Shown piece after piece: positions 24,127-34,900 of a stretch of DNA of 53,175 nt. This DNA comes from a virus (Duplodnaviria; Caudoviricetes), in IMG/VR virus record IMGVR_UViG_3300025889_000163, positions 1 through 53,175 of that record; one strand, given 5' to 3'. The position numbers and the translations under genes are program-made. The notes below the pieces were generated by a model. The model searched no databases and had not been told where the DNA came from. It saw only the letters and a list, made by a program, of their open reading frames with translations. Every line of letters begins with the position of its first letter. Positions within the stretch are counted from its first letter, which is position 1.

Positions 24127-25967
24127 GCACAGAAAAAGTAAAAAGCGAATTACAATCAACAGCTCAAAGTCAATATAATGCGGTAACAGATAAAGCAGAG
24201 CAAGTAGAGCAGCAAGCAAAAGATTTAGCAGAAACTGCTTTAGCAGCAACTCCAGCTGGACAAGTTCTTGGAGGAATAGAGTCTCTTACGTCTCAATTTG
24301 ATGATGTAAAAAACCTTATACAGAATACTGATGTTGCTGGTATGCTCAGCGGCGAAACTAGTGCTTTAGATAAAATTAAAAATGTTATTGCCTCAGTAAC
24401 TTTGCTTAATGCTTTGAGCACTAAAACCGATAATACTATAAAAATTACGTGGGGAACTGCTCCCAATGGAGAGACTAGTTTACCCGACTCAATTGGAATT
24501 GAACCTGATGATGGTGAGCAAAACTTAGAATCTATTCTTAATAGAATAACCGGAATGGGAGAAGAAGATCCGGCAGATCTTAAGAAATTTTTGTTAAAAG
24601 GATCTATTTCAGGATTAAAAGGTGCAGTAGATAAAATTCAAGGAACAATTAGTGCTAAAGGTTCTGCTTTAGACATTGCTAATGCTGCAAATAGTTTTAT
24701 AGACGATCAAATTTCAAATTTACAAGAAGCAAAAGCTAGTGCGACAAATTATACTAATGTGTTAGATCTCAATGGTGACGATATTTACGTTCAAGTATTA
24801 TCTACTGGACAAAACCTTGGAGCAGGCAACGAATCCAAGTCACCATCTGGTGATTATGATGCTAGAATTGCAGAATTAAATTCTTTAAAAACAGATGTAA
24901 CGACCGTTTTTAGTGAAGATCAACAAGCAACTATTAACCAAGAAGGATTTGAAAAAGAAATTCAGGAATTGTCTGATTTTAAAGAGTCGCAAGACCTTTT
25001 AAACTCATTACAAAATGCTTCTGCCAATCAGTCAGAACTTACAGCAAGAGCTGAAGAATATAGAAGAGTAATTTCGACAAAACTCGCAAATAATTCTCCT
25101 CGAGGTGTTTTGGAAGGACTTAACATTAAACTCGCCTCTGAAATTATAAACAACATTAAAAAAATTGCTCCGACAATTCCAGATACAGAATTAAATGAAG
25201 TAATAGATTTGTCTCAGGGAGACGTACAAGATTTTTCTAGGGCAGTTATTATTGTCTCGAAATATTCTGAAGAAAGTTATGATATAATATATTCTACATT
25301 AAAATCGGTAGATAGCAGTATAACAACTGCAAGCAAACCAGAAATATCTGAGATTGTATTTTCTGATCCATACATTGTTGGACAATCTAAAAAAGATTTT
25401 TCTTACATTTCTTCAGTCGAAGAACTTGAAGCAGAATTTAAAGTTATGGAGCGAGAAGTTTCTGAAATGGTTGTGCATTGGACAGAAACATATACTAATA
25501 AAAACATAGGTTCTGAAGAAATTGAAGAATACCATAAAAACCTTGGAATGAATCAAATAGGTTATCATTTAATCATTAGAAGAGACGGTTCAATTCAAAG
25601 AGGTAGACCTTTGGGCGAGGAGGGCGAACATACTGTGGGAAGAAATAAATACACCATAGGAGTAGTATTTGTTGGTGGATTAAACTGTTCTTCCGGAACT
25701 CTAAATCCAGAAAATTTTGTATCAGCAAAATCACTAACCAGAAGTCAATTAAACAGTTTTGATTATATTTGTTCTGCTTTTTACAAAAAAATACCAAATG
25801 GGCAAATTGTCGGACACAAAGATATTGATCCTATAGAAAAAGATCCTGGATTTGATGTTATTTCATACGTCGAAGCAAAATTCTTAAAGGGATCTGTCTA
25901 CAAAGATCCTTCAAAAGAAGGACCATATTCAATTTCTGAGTTGAATAAAAAGAGAAATTTACGATGA
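24123..25967 (+). CDS. Virion-associated N-acetylmuramoyl-L-alanine amidase (T7 lysozyme-like C-terminus) on a long helical stalk
   Basis: VVHWT, IGYHLIIRRDGSIQRGRP, GEH..GRNKYTIGVVFVGG, VGHKDID...DPGFDV. Confidence 0.85.
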   Translation: MSTEKVKSELQSTAQSQYNAVTDKAEQVEQQAKDLAETALAATPAGQVLGGIESLTSQFDDVKNLIQNTDVAGMLSGETSALDKIKNVIASVTLLNALSTKTDNTIKITWGTAPNGETSLPDSIGIEPDDGEQNLESILNRITGMGEEDPADLKKFLLKGSISGLKGAVDKIQGTISAKGSALDIANAANSFIDDQISNLQEAKASATNYTNVLDLNGDDIYVQVLSTGQNLGAGNESKSPSGDYDARIAELNSLKTDVTTVFSEDQQATINQEGFEKEIQELSDFKESQDLLNSLQNASANQSELTARAEEYRRVISTKLANNSPRGVLEGLNIKLASEIINNIKKIAPTIPDTELNEVIDLSQGDVQDFSRAVIIVSKYSEESYDIIYSTLKSVDSSITTASKPEISEIVFSDPYIVGQSKKDFSYISSVEELEAEFKVMEREVSEMVVHWTETYTNKNIGSEEIEEYHKNLGMNQIGYHLIIRRDGSIQRGRPLGEEGEHTVGRNKYTIGVVFVGGLNCSSGTLNPENFVSAKSLTRSQLNSFDYICSAFYKKIPNGQIVGHKDIDPIEKDPGFDVISYVEAKFLKGSVYKDPSKEGPYSISELNKKRNLR

Positions 25968-27496
25968 CAAATAAAAAAGATTCGTTTAAACAAAGAACGC
26001 TGGATTTTTTTGGTTTAGAAGAAACTCGTGGTGTTCCTCAGGACGGGTTTTCAGATGCCTCCGGAGAATATCCTAAAAGAGATTATTTCTATGGACCAGG
26101 GATCTCTAAAACTGCCAGAGGAGAAAATATAAACGAACTTTGGCATTCTGGTGGAGATTTTGGGGTTGATGCTTCAGTTGCTGATCAAATTCCTTCTCAG
26201 TATCCATACAACCAGGTTCAAGAAACGCAATCTGGACATAGCATAGAAATAGACGATACACCTGGCGGAGAACGAATTTTAATTAAACACAGAACTGGTT
26301 CAGGCATAGAACTTCGTGCTGACGGCAGTTTAGTTTTCTCTACCAAAAATAAAAAAGTTTCTCTTACTGGTGGCGATGATGTTGTTATTGTTGAGGGACA
26401 AGCAGATCTTGTTTATAAAGGTAATTTAAACCTAAGAGTTGATGGCGATTTTAACTTAGACGTTGGCGGTAATTGGAACATAAATGTTGCTGGTGATAAA
26501 TTCGAAGAAGTAAAAGGAAGAAATAATTTTATTGTTGACAGAGACCAACAACAAACTATTCGCGGATCTCGAGATACTCGAATTGGATTTGTTGATAACA
26601 TGACTATTGGTGATCAACAAATTATTAACACTCTAAACGATGTTCGTTATTTTGTTAATGGTAAATTTGACATTGCTTCTTCTGATACAATGAGGATATC
26701 TTCTGAAAGAAAAATAACAGTAGCTACCGAAAAATTTGGAGTTACAGCAGAAAACTTGTCTATGATAGGAAAAAAAGGTTCTATCGGCGGTGATGATATT
26801 GAATATTATGGATCTATTTTTAAAGGAACTAAAGGTGGACATTTTGGAAGCAGTAATGCAAACTTTTATGGTAAGTTAATTGGAAGTGCGCAACAAGCAG
26901 ATTATGCTATCAAATCGGGTGCCTCTGGTCATGCAGTTAAAGCTGATTGGGCATCTGTTTCTACTTATAGTACATCCTCTGTAAATGCAGGAAATTCGGA
27001 TTTATCGGGAATTACTTCGGCGCTCATTGCAGCACAAATTGCTGCATTAGGATTTAATGGACTTCTTGGTCCAGTTGTACCAGAAATTAAAGTTCCATAT
27101 CCGACTCCAGTTCAACCCGAAAATCCTAAGTCTTATCCTCCATTAGGATTATTTGTTGATTTGGTATTACAAACAACTGGCGCAGGAATTTATAAACTAG
27201 ATTTTGCTGAAGATTATAACGATACCATTCGTTTGATTGACGATTATAAAGGAGCATTTATTAAAAATCCAAACATACATGAAGTCAGATCTAAACTTCG
27301 TGACGAACAGTGGAGAAACAATGGGGAATTGATTGATAAATTAATCTCTGAATCCAGACTGTCAAAAAGTTGGACAAGAACAAATCCGCCAAATATTGGT
27401 AGAACAGCAAATAAAAACGGAACTATAAGGTTCGGTGAAACTCTGATTGGAAATAATCCGTCAGATAATAGAAGCAAGAGGTTTAAGACTAAATGA
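25964..27496 (+). CDS. gp5: gp5 C-terminal portion (beta-helix central spike)
   Basis: YPYNQVQETQSGHSIEIDDTPGGERI..KHRTGS followed by VxG-type repeats (VEGQADL, YKGNLNL, VDGDFNL, VGGNWNI). Confidence 0.85.
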   Translation: MTNKKDSFKQRTLDFFGLEETRGVPQDGFSDASGEYPKRDYFYGPGISKTARGENINELWHSGGDFGVDASVADQIPSQYPYNQVQETQSGHSIEIDDTPGGERILIKHRTGSGIELRADGSLVFSTKNKKVSLTGGDDVVIVEGQADLVYKGNLNLRVDGDFNLDVGGNWNINVAGDKFEEVKGRNNFIVDRDQQQTIRGSRDTRIGFVDNMTIGDQQIINTLNDVRYFVNGKFDIASSDTMRISSERKITVATEKFGVTAENLSMIGKKGSIGGDDIEYYGSIFKGTKGGHFGSSNANFYGKLIGSAQQADYAIKSGASGHAVKADWASVSTYSTSSVNAGNSDLSGITSALIAAQIAALGFNGLLGPVVPEIKVPYPTPVQPENPKSYPPLGLFVDLVLQTTGAGIYKLDFAEDYNDTIRLIDDYKGAFIKNPNIHEVRSKLRDEQWRNNGELIDKLISESRLSKSWTRTNPPNIGRTANKNGTIRFGETLIGNNPSDNRSKRFKTK

Positions 27497-28281
27497 TTAT
27501 TCCCGTAGATCCAAATTATAATCCTAATCTTCAGATAGTTATTTCTTCAGCAACTAAATTAGCACCAGGAATTACTTGTGCTAAATTTTTAGGATCGAGA
27601 GGATCAGGCACTCAATTTGAAAAACTTTATAATGAAGATTTTACTGGAGAAGCAGATAGAAGGCAGATCGCTAGAAATTTATATGTTCATGCGCAAGCAA
27701 TGAGATCAATTGTTGATGTTCCTGCGTTTCGTTATCATAGATTGATTGTTTCTGAAGGTATTTATGAACCAACTCCACAATTTGAGTATTCCGTCGGCGA
27801 TACTACAAAAAAAGTCACCAGATCTTTATCATATGAAGAACAACAAGCACTAGCAGTACAACTTGCTGATCCTGAACAATATGACGCTGTAATTGCTCAA
27901 CTTGAGTCTGAAACCAAAACAATTGAAGTTAAAAACACTTTGATTGCTGAATATGTTGGTGAAAAACCAACAGGTATAAACGCATTAAAACGAACTGGAC
28001 AAGCAATCGTTTACCAATTAATAAATCGTGATGGTGTCACAGATGAAAGTAAAACTTTTGATCTTGCTGTGTATTGGAAAGATTACATTGATTATGATAA
28101 AATTATTTTAGATTATGATACCTATGACATAAGTGGTAGATTAACTTCTCAGATTGTATTACAAATTCCTGAAATTCCGCATTCATATGAAGTTTCGTTT
28201 GCGAGACAAGTTGAGACCAGGTTTAATGGTGAATTACAATCTAAAGCAGATTTAGTAGAAATCCTTCCTCGAGACGTATAA
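27493..28281 (+). CDS. Hypothetical baseplate-associated protein
   Basis: Coupled to gp5C, precedes gp25; YDKIILDY recalls a degenerate peptidase M15 fold. Confidence 0.5.
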   Translation: MIIPVDPNYNPNLQIVISSATKLAPGITCAKFLGSRGSGTQFEKLYNEDFTGEADRRQIARNLYVHAQAMRSIVDVPAFRYHRLIVSEGIYEPTPQFEYSVGDTTKKVTRSLSYEEQQALAVQLADPEQYDAVIAQLESETKTIEVKNTLIAEYVGEKPTGINALKRTGQAIVYQLINRDGVTDESKTFDLAVYWKDYIDYDKIILDYDTYDISGRLTSQIVLQIPEIPHSYEVSFARQVETRFNGELQSKADLVEILPRDV

Positions 28282-28284
28282 ATA
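28277..28284 (+). promoter_or_regulatory. T4-type late promoter
   Basis: TATAAATA upstream of gp25. Confidence 0.8.
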
Positions 28285-28302
28285 ACAAAAGAGGATTTCT
28301 AA

Positions 28303-28743
28303 ATGGCAAAAATATTATCTGCACAAGATGGAAACTTATCCAGTAGCATAAAAGTAGCTGTTGGAAACATCTATAAAGACATAGATCTTTCTATGGCAAT
28401 TTTTGAAGATACTGGTGATGTGTATAAAAAGAATGATGCTGCAGCTGTTAGGCAATCTGTCAGCAACATTCTTCAATGCGGAGCATTTGACAAACCGTTT
28501 GCTCCAGATTTTGGGGCAGGATTGCAGGCATTACTTTTTGATTTGACTGTAGGAAATTCCGATTTTGAAATAAGAGAAAGGATTACTCGAGTTTTGACCA
28601 AATATGAACCGAGAGCGATTCTTAAATCAGTAAAAGTTGAAACAAATGAAGATAATTATTCTGTTAATGTTCGAGTTGAATTTGGTGTTAGAAACTTTGC
28701 TAGAACCGAAGTAATAGATACAACCATTTCTGGACTAAGATAA
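28303..28743 (+). CDS. gp25: Baseplate wedge subunit gp25
   Basis: YKDIDLS, AVRQSVSNIL, KPFAPDFGAGL..LLF, KYEPRA. Confidence 0.93.
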   Translation: MAKILSAQDGNLSSSIKVAVGNIYKDIDLSMAIFEDTGDVYKKNDAAAVRQSVSNILQCGAFDKPFAPDFGAGLQALLFDLTVGNSDFEIRERITRVLTKYEPRAILKSVKVETNEDNYSVNVRVEFGVRNFARTEVIDTTISGLR

Positions 28744-30552
28744 ATGGCAAAAACAATTATTAAATCGACTGGATTAGATTTTAATTCTATTAAAAATAAT
28801 CTAAAAATCGCATTAAATCAAACATCAGAATTTTCTGACTATAATTTTGAAGGTTCTGGTTTATCTTCTTTGCTTGATGTTCTTGCATACAATACACATT
28901 ATAACGGATTAATTGCTAATTATGCGTTAAACGAATCTTTTTTAAGTACAGCACAACTTAGGTCTTCTGTCGTTGGTTTGGCAGAAACTGTTGGATATAT
29001 TCCTGGTTCAAAAAAATCTTCTGTTGCTGTGGTAGAATTAAAAGTTACTGACGCAACCTCTCCTGTTGAAATAGTTATGCCTGCAGGATTTGGATTTTCT
29101 TGCTTAGTTGAAAACAAAGCATATACGTTTAAAACACGAGAAGTATTAACTGCTTCTTTGTCCGATGCTGTCGGAACTGTCTATACGTTTAAAGACACTT
29201 TGGGCAATACAAAAATTAAATTATATGAAGGATCAACAAGAACTAAAATTTTTATTGCAGGAAATTCTTCAGAAGAAGATACTTATGTAATTCAAGATTC
29301 TTCTTTAGATTTAGATTCAGTTACGATACGAGTGTATGATACTCCTTCTTCTTCGGAATATGTAACATACACTAGCATATACAACGCAACATCAATCAAT
29401 TCTACCTCTACTATTTATGTTCTAAAAGAAGCACCAAATGGCAATTTTGAACTCACTTTTGGTAATGGAACTAATTTGGGTAGAGCACCTTCCCCAGGAA
29501 GTAAAATAGAGGTTGAGTATTTTTCAACTTCAGGACCTTCTGCAAATGGCGGTAGGGTTTTTCTTCCTTCATCAACCCTTAACGGATTGACTGTCAACGT
29601 TACTACTCTGGCTCAGTCTGCCGGAGGATTAAACAAAGAAGGAATAGAGTCAATAAGAAAAAATGCTCCATTTCTTTATGCCGCGCAAAATCGTATGGTT
29701 ACTGCTGAAGATTATGCTGCTATTGCGCAAAGAAATTATTCAGGATATATTCAAGAGGTTAAAGCGTGGGGAGGGGAAGACAATATTCCTGCAAAATTTG
29801 GAACTGTCTATCTGTCAATAGATTTTTTTGATAACGTATCAAATGTTGAAAAAAATATAGTCAAAGAAGGAATTAAGACATTAGCAAAAGATATCTCAGT
29901 TGCTTCTTTTAATGTCGAATATACAGACCCGACATTAACATATATTCAAACTAATGTGTTTTTTCAATGGAATCCTAAATTAACTTCTTTACAAGAGTCC
30001 CAGGTTGAGACTAATGTTAAGAATTATCTTGTATCATATTTTAATGCTAATTTGGGCACGTTTGACAAATCGTTTAGAAGGTCAAAAATGCTTACGGGCA
30101 TAGATAATGTAGATCCTTCAATTTTGTCAAGTCAAGCAGCAATTTTAATTCACCAAAGATTTGTTCCTGACGTTTCAGTTATAAAAGATTATGTATTAGA
30201 ATTCCCAACCCAAATTAAAGAATCCCTTGTTGGCAGTGGAGATATAGTTACTTCAACAGTGTTTACTTATGACGGAGATGAATGTAAGATTGTTAATCGT
30301 GAAGGATATTCTACTCTTAATATTATTAGTAACAATACTGGAAAAATCGTAAAAGAAAACATGGGTAGTTATAACACACAAACAGGTGTTTTGACATTAG
30401 TTGGATTTCAACCGTCTTCTTTCCAAGGCGACTATATTGCAATAACAGTAGTTCCTTCTGATGAATCAGCAATTTCTCCTCAAAGAAGCAACATCTTGGT
30501 ATTTGATTCTGGAAGATCAACTTATCGAGCAGTAATCACAAATACGTTATAA
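28744..30552 (+). CDS. gp6: Baseplate wedge subunit gp6
   Basis: LDFNSIKNNL, FSDYNFEGSGLSSLLDVLAYNTHY, NESFLSTAQLRSSV, QNRMVTAEDY, WGGEDN. Confidence 0.95.
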   Translation: MAKTIIKSTGLDFNSIKNNLKIALNQTSEFSDYNFEGSGLSSLLDVLAYNTHYNGLIANYALNESFLSTAQLRSSVVGLAETVGYIPGSKKSSVAVVELKVTDATSPVEIVMPAGFGFSCLVENKAYTFKTREVLTASLSDAVGTVYTFKDTLGNTKIKLYEGSTRTKIFIAGNSSEEDTYVIQDSSLDLDSVTIRVYDTPSSSEYVTYTSIYNATSINSTSTIYVLKEAPNGNFELTFGNGTNLGRAPSPGSKIEVEYFSTSGPSANGGRVFLPSSTLNGLTVNVTTLAQSAGGLNKEGIESIRKNAPFLYAAQNRMVTAEDYAAIAQRNYSGYIQEVKAWGGEDNIPAKFGTVYLSIDFFDNVSNVEKNIVKEGIKTLAKDISVASFNVEYTDPTLTYIQTNVFFQWNPKLTSLQESQVETNVKNYLVSYFNANLGTFDKSFRRSKMLTGIDNVDPSILSSQAAILIHQRFVPDVSVIKDYVLEFPTQIKESLVGSGDIVTSTVFTYDGDECKIVNREGYSTLNIISNNTGKIVKENMGSYNTQTGVLTLVGFQPSSFQGDYIAITVVPSDESAISPQRSNILVFDSGRSTYRAVITNTL

Positions 30553-30555
30553 ATA
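30548..30555 (+). promoter_or_regulatory. T4-type late promoter
   Basis: TATAAATA overlapping the gp6 stop. Confidence 0.8.
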
Positions 30556-30578
30556 GGTGAATATCTAAGAGAGAAAAT

Positions 30579-31958
30579 ATGAGCAATATATCCCGTCAGT
30601 TTTCGCAGCATATGTTTCGATACCTTGATAGCGACACTAGTGTCGTTGGTGGAAATCGTTACTTCATTGCGTTAGGAAAAAGCGAAGATTGGACGACAAC
30701 CTCTGTTCCAGAACCTGATAATTCTTTAAAAGGGCAAAAAGATTTTAGAAATAGAATGCAGTCCTTAAAAAGGGTTACAGATACTTCTTTTGTTGTGCCC
30801 AAAGTAGATTGGGTATATGGAACAAGATATAATCCCTGGAATGATACAGACGAAAATCTAGAAAATTTTTATGTTGTAAACCAATATGACGAGGTTTTTG
30901 TTTGCATTTATAACCTCGTAAGTCCGTTAGGAACCTATGCACAATCTATTGTTGAACCGACTGCTGCTGATCAAGCATTAGTTCATCCGCATAATCCTGC
31001 CAGATCATATAAAACTGCTGACGGTTATATCTGGAGATTCTTATATAAAATTAGTCCTTTAGCAAAAGCAAGATATCAAACTTCTGCTTGGATACCTGTA
31101 AAAACTATTAGATCAGATACGCCATTTGTTCCAGAAGAAATACAGCAAAAAGCATTGCAAGATAGTGCTATAAACGGAGAAATCATTGGCGTTCAAGTAT
31201 TGTCTAGAGGAGATGGTTATTCCTCTCCGCCAACGATTACACCGTCTCCTTTAAGTTCTCTATCTTCTTTTACGGGATTTATAACTTCTTCAGTTAATGG
31301 ACAAGTGTTTGACGTTACCCTTGATTCTAATGGATCTGGACTTATTCTTCATGATTCTTCTCAAGGTCAGTTTACCGTTAAATCTACAGGAAACTGCGTT
31401 CTGAGAGCAATTCAAGCACCCTTTGGTGGATTAAATGCTGATCCAGTTGTAACTTTAAAAAGTAAACATATGATGTTTCGCGCAGATATACAAGGAAACG
31501 AACCAAGCGGCGGTCAAGATGCAATTGAAACGTTAGCGAATTACAAACAGTTTGGTTTGTTGTTGAATCCTCTGAACTATAATAGTACAACAAGATTTTC
31601 TGGAAATGCGGGAACTGCTTCCAGGTCATTTACTCTTTCAAGTGTTGGCAGTATTCTTGAGGATGACAAGATAACTCAAGGTGCTACTGCAGAAGCATTA
31701 GTTTCTTATGTTGATGCTGGAGGGAAAATACACTATTATCAATCAGATTCAACTGGATATGAACCGTTTACTACCGGATCAATAACATATCAAACTAATT
31801 TATCTACTACAATTACAGCAATAAATAATCCTGATATTGATGTACAGAGCGGAAAATTGTTAAGCGTTCAAAACGTACAAAATTTACCAGGAAACACTAG
31901 AAGTACAAGTCAAACCGATGATGTAAGAATCATCATTAATATACAAGATTGCGAGTAA
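30579..31958 (+). CDS. gp8: Baseplate wedge subunit gp8
   Basis: YFIALGKSEDW, VVPKVDWVYGTRY, FYVVN...VFVCIYN, DGYIWRFLY, WIPV, RSTSQTDDVRIII. Confidence 0.88.
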   Translation: MSNISRQFSQHMFRYLDSDTSVVGGNRYFIALGKSEDWTTTSVPEPDNSLKGQKDFRNRMQSLKRVTDTSFVVPKVDWVYGTRYNPWNDTDENLENFYVVNQYDEVFVCIYNLVSPLGTYAQSIVEPTAADQALVHPHNPARSYKTADGYIWRFLYKISPLAKARYQTSAWIPVKTIRSDTPFVPEEIQQKALQDSAINGEIIGVQVLSRGDGYSSPPTITPSPLSSLSSFTGFITSSVNGQVFDVTLDSNGSGLILHDSSQGQFTVKSTGNCVLRAIQAPFGGLNADPVVTLKSKHMMFRADIQGNEPSGGQDAIETLANYKQFGLLLNPLNYNSTTRFSGNAGTASRSFTLSSVGSILEDDKITQGATAEALVSYVDAGGKIHYYQSDSTGYEPFTTGSITYQTNLSTTITAINNPDIDVQSGKLLSVQNVQNLPGNTRSTSQTDDVRIIINIQDCE

Positions 31959-31962
31959 ACAC

Positions 31963-34900
31963 ATGGCAACAGATCTAACCCAAGCAACACTGTCATCTAC
32001 TTACAAAGACGACTGGACAGAATCAGATAACTATCATCGAATTCTGTTTAATAGCGGACGTGCTTTGCAAGCAAGAGAATTAACGCAGGTTCAGACAATA
32101 ATCCAAGAAGAAATGGCAAGATTTGGAGGGCACGTATTTAAAGAAGGTGCTGCCGTTTCTCTTGGTGGCAATCACATTACAGCATTATATAATTTTGTTC
32201 GGGTTAATTCTGCTGATCTTTCTGGTGTTGCAGTTGGGGATGTTTATCAGGGGCAAACCAGCGGAGTTAAAGCAACTGTATTAGAAGTTCTTGATGCTGA
32301 TAATACTCTTTACATTGCATATATTGATGGCGATGGATCTTTAAATAAAACTTTTGATGTAAGCGAAAATATTATCGCTATTGTTGGAACTGGAGGAAAC
32401 TTTGTAACTGTAGGAACGAATGCTACAGGTTCTGGTGTTAAATTTACCGTCGGCGAAGGTGATTTTTTTGTTGCTGGTCATTTTGTACATGCGCAACAAC
32501 AATCATTAATCCTAGAGAAATATTCAAACACTGTTGATGCTGTTGTTGGATTTAAAGTTGAAGAGAAAATTATCACTGTAAACGATGACGAAGATTTATA
32601 TGATAATGCAGGAGATGTAGTCAATACTGCTAGTCCTGGCGCGGACCGACTTCAAATTAATCTAACTTTGATTGAGAAAAGTGATACTGTTTCTCAAGAT
32701 ATGTTTGTTTTTATTGCTAGGATCGAGAACGGCGAAATTGTAGAAGAAGTTAGTTTAGACAACTCTTATAACGAACTAGAAGAGCAATTAGCACAAAGAA
32801 CTAGAGAAGAATCCGGAAACTATATTGTTTCACCTTTTAATATCTCTTACCAAGAACATGATGCAGATGCATCAAAATTAGAATTACATGTTGATGGTGG
32901 ATTGGCATATGTTAATGGCCACCGAGCAAGCACTGCCACAACTGTTTTGTTAGTACCAAAACCGCAAGATGTTGAACCAGTAACTGATGAATCTATCGGT
33001 ATTGCATATGGTAACTATTTCCAAATACAATATGATGCAACATTGAATCTTACTGATGGCGAAACTATGTTTTTCAATGCTGGAAGTTATCAACATATTC
33101 CAGTAAACATTTATATTGGAAACGATCAAAGAGGAACATGTATTCTTAGAGCAATTCAGCGCGATCTTTCTGACAGTACTCTTGCTCGCGCGTATGTCTA
33201 CAAAGTTGAAATGGATGCAGATTATTCTGTTTCTGCAGCAACTTCTTTAAGAACCGGAAACATTAATATTGCTATTGCTGGAACTAGTGGATTACTTGAT
33301 ACACGAATAAACGGATCATTGTTTAAATTTCCTTTAACAAGACCAAAACTTGTTGATGGTGGAACAATTACTAGAACGTGTATTCGTTCGGTTAGAATTA
33401 ATTCTGACGGCACAGGAGTTGCACAATTAGCAAATATCACTCCCGACGATTATGTTGATTGGGGACAGTGGATTATTTGGAACGATACGTCTAATACACT
33501 TGAAACTGGGTGGAGTTATAATCCTGCCACATATGAAATTAGTGGATTGACTGTCAGCCAATCTCATGTACTTTTATATTTTGTTCAAGAATCAAGTACA
33601 AACACTAAGTCGCGTCCAAAATCGTTGACGCAAACAACTGTTACTAGCGGATTGACAACTGTAGGAGAATTTAAATATCTCCCGTTGGGTCAATATGACA
33701 TTTATGAGATAGATTCTGTCCGATTAGGTACGAGCGCTGGTGAACCAGCAGATGCTGTATTCAGATTAGATAACGGACAAAGGGATAATTATTACACCGA
33801 AGGAAGATTAATTCTAAATGACGGGTACACTTGGACTGGTAATGTTTATACCAAGTTTAAATATTTTGCTAGAAACAGTGTTACTTCAGACGATGCTTTC
33901 TATAGTGTTTCTTCTTACAGCGGTCAAATTGATTATAAAGATATTCCGACGCACAAACTTTCTGATGGAACATTAATCAATCTACGCGATTATTTAGATT
34001 TTCGTCCAGATGTTCCTTTGGCTAGCAATACGCCAACCAACGAATTTGGTCAACCAAGAATCGGTTCTAATGTAAGTTTTAATACAGAATATTATTTGCC
34101 AAGAGCAGATAAAATTTTAGTTGACGAAAATGGTGGTGTTTCAGTTCTGTTGGGTCAGCAAGCGCAAGATCCACAATACAAAAAGACTCCAGACAATTCT
34201 TTAGATTTGTATAATGTGTTAATGAATGCAAATACTTTAGATGCAACAGATCTTAAAATTTCTCCAGTTGAGCATAAAAGATATACGATGGCAGATATTG
34301 CCAAACTTGAAGCAAAACTAGACGCACTCGCAGAATCTACAAGTTTAAGTTTATTAGAGCTTGATGCTAAGATTGATTCGTTGCATGATTCTGATGGGAA
34401 TGTCAGAGAAGAAGTAGGTATTATTGTAGATGATGGATCAGATCAAAATTTATCTGATACAAACAGTTCAGATTATTGTGCTTCAGTTGACCCAGATTCT
34501 CAACTCTTTCGTCCGTGTTTTGATGAGAACAACATAAGATTGATTTATGTAGAGAATGACCTGACTGATGCATTTACTACTGCAAACTCTTCTAAGAATG
34601 TTGTGTTAAAGGGCGATAATGTTTATTTGGATTATGAAGAATCCTCTTGGATCACACAAACAGATGCGTCAGAAGCAGTTAAAGTAAATCCATATGGTAT
34701 GGTTGACAACGTTGGTTGTATGGAACTTTCTCCATCAAGCGACGAATGGAAAGCTGGATGGAATGGGTTAAGATTGCTAGGAAATTCAAATCGCCTTGAC
34801 GTTAAATGGGCTTGGTTGTGGAATAGCTGGCAATGGAACTGGATTGGAAGATTGCAGGATGGCGTATTCGTTGATCCTGATCTAGATCTTTATGAAAGGG

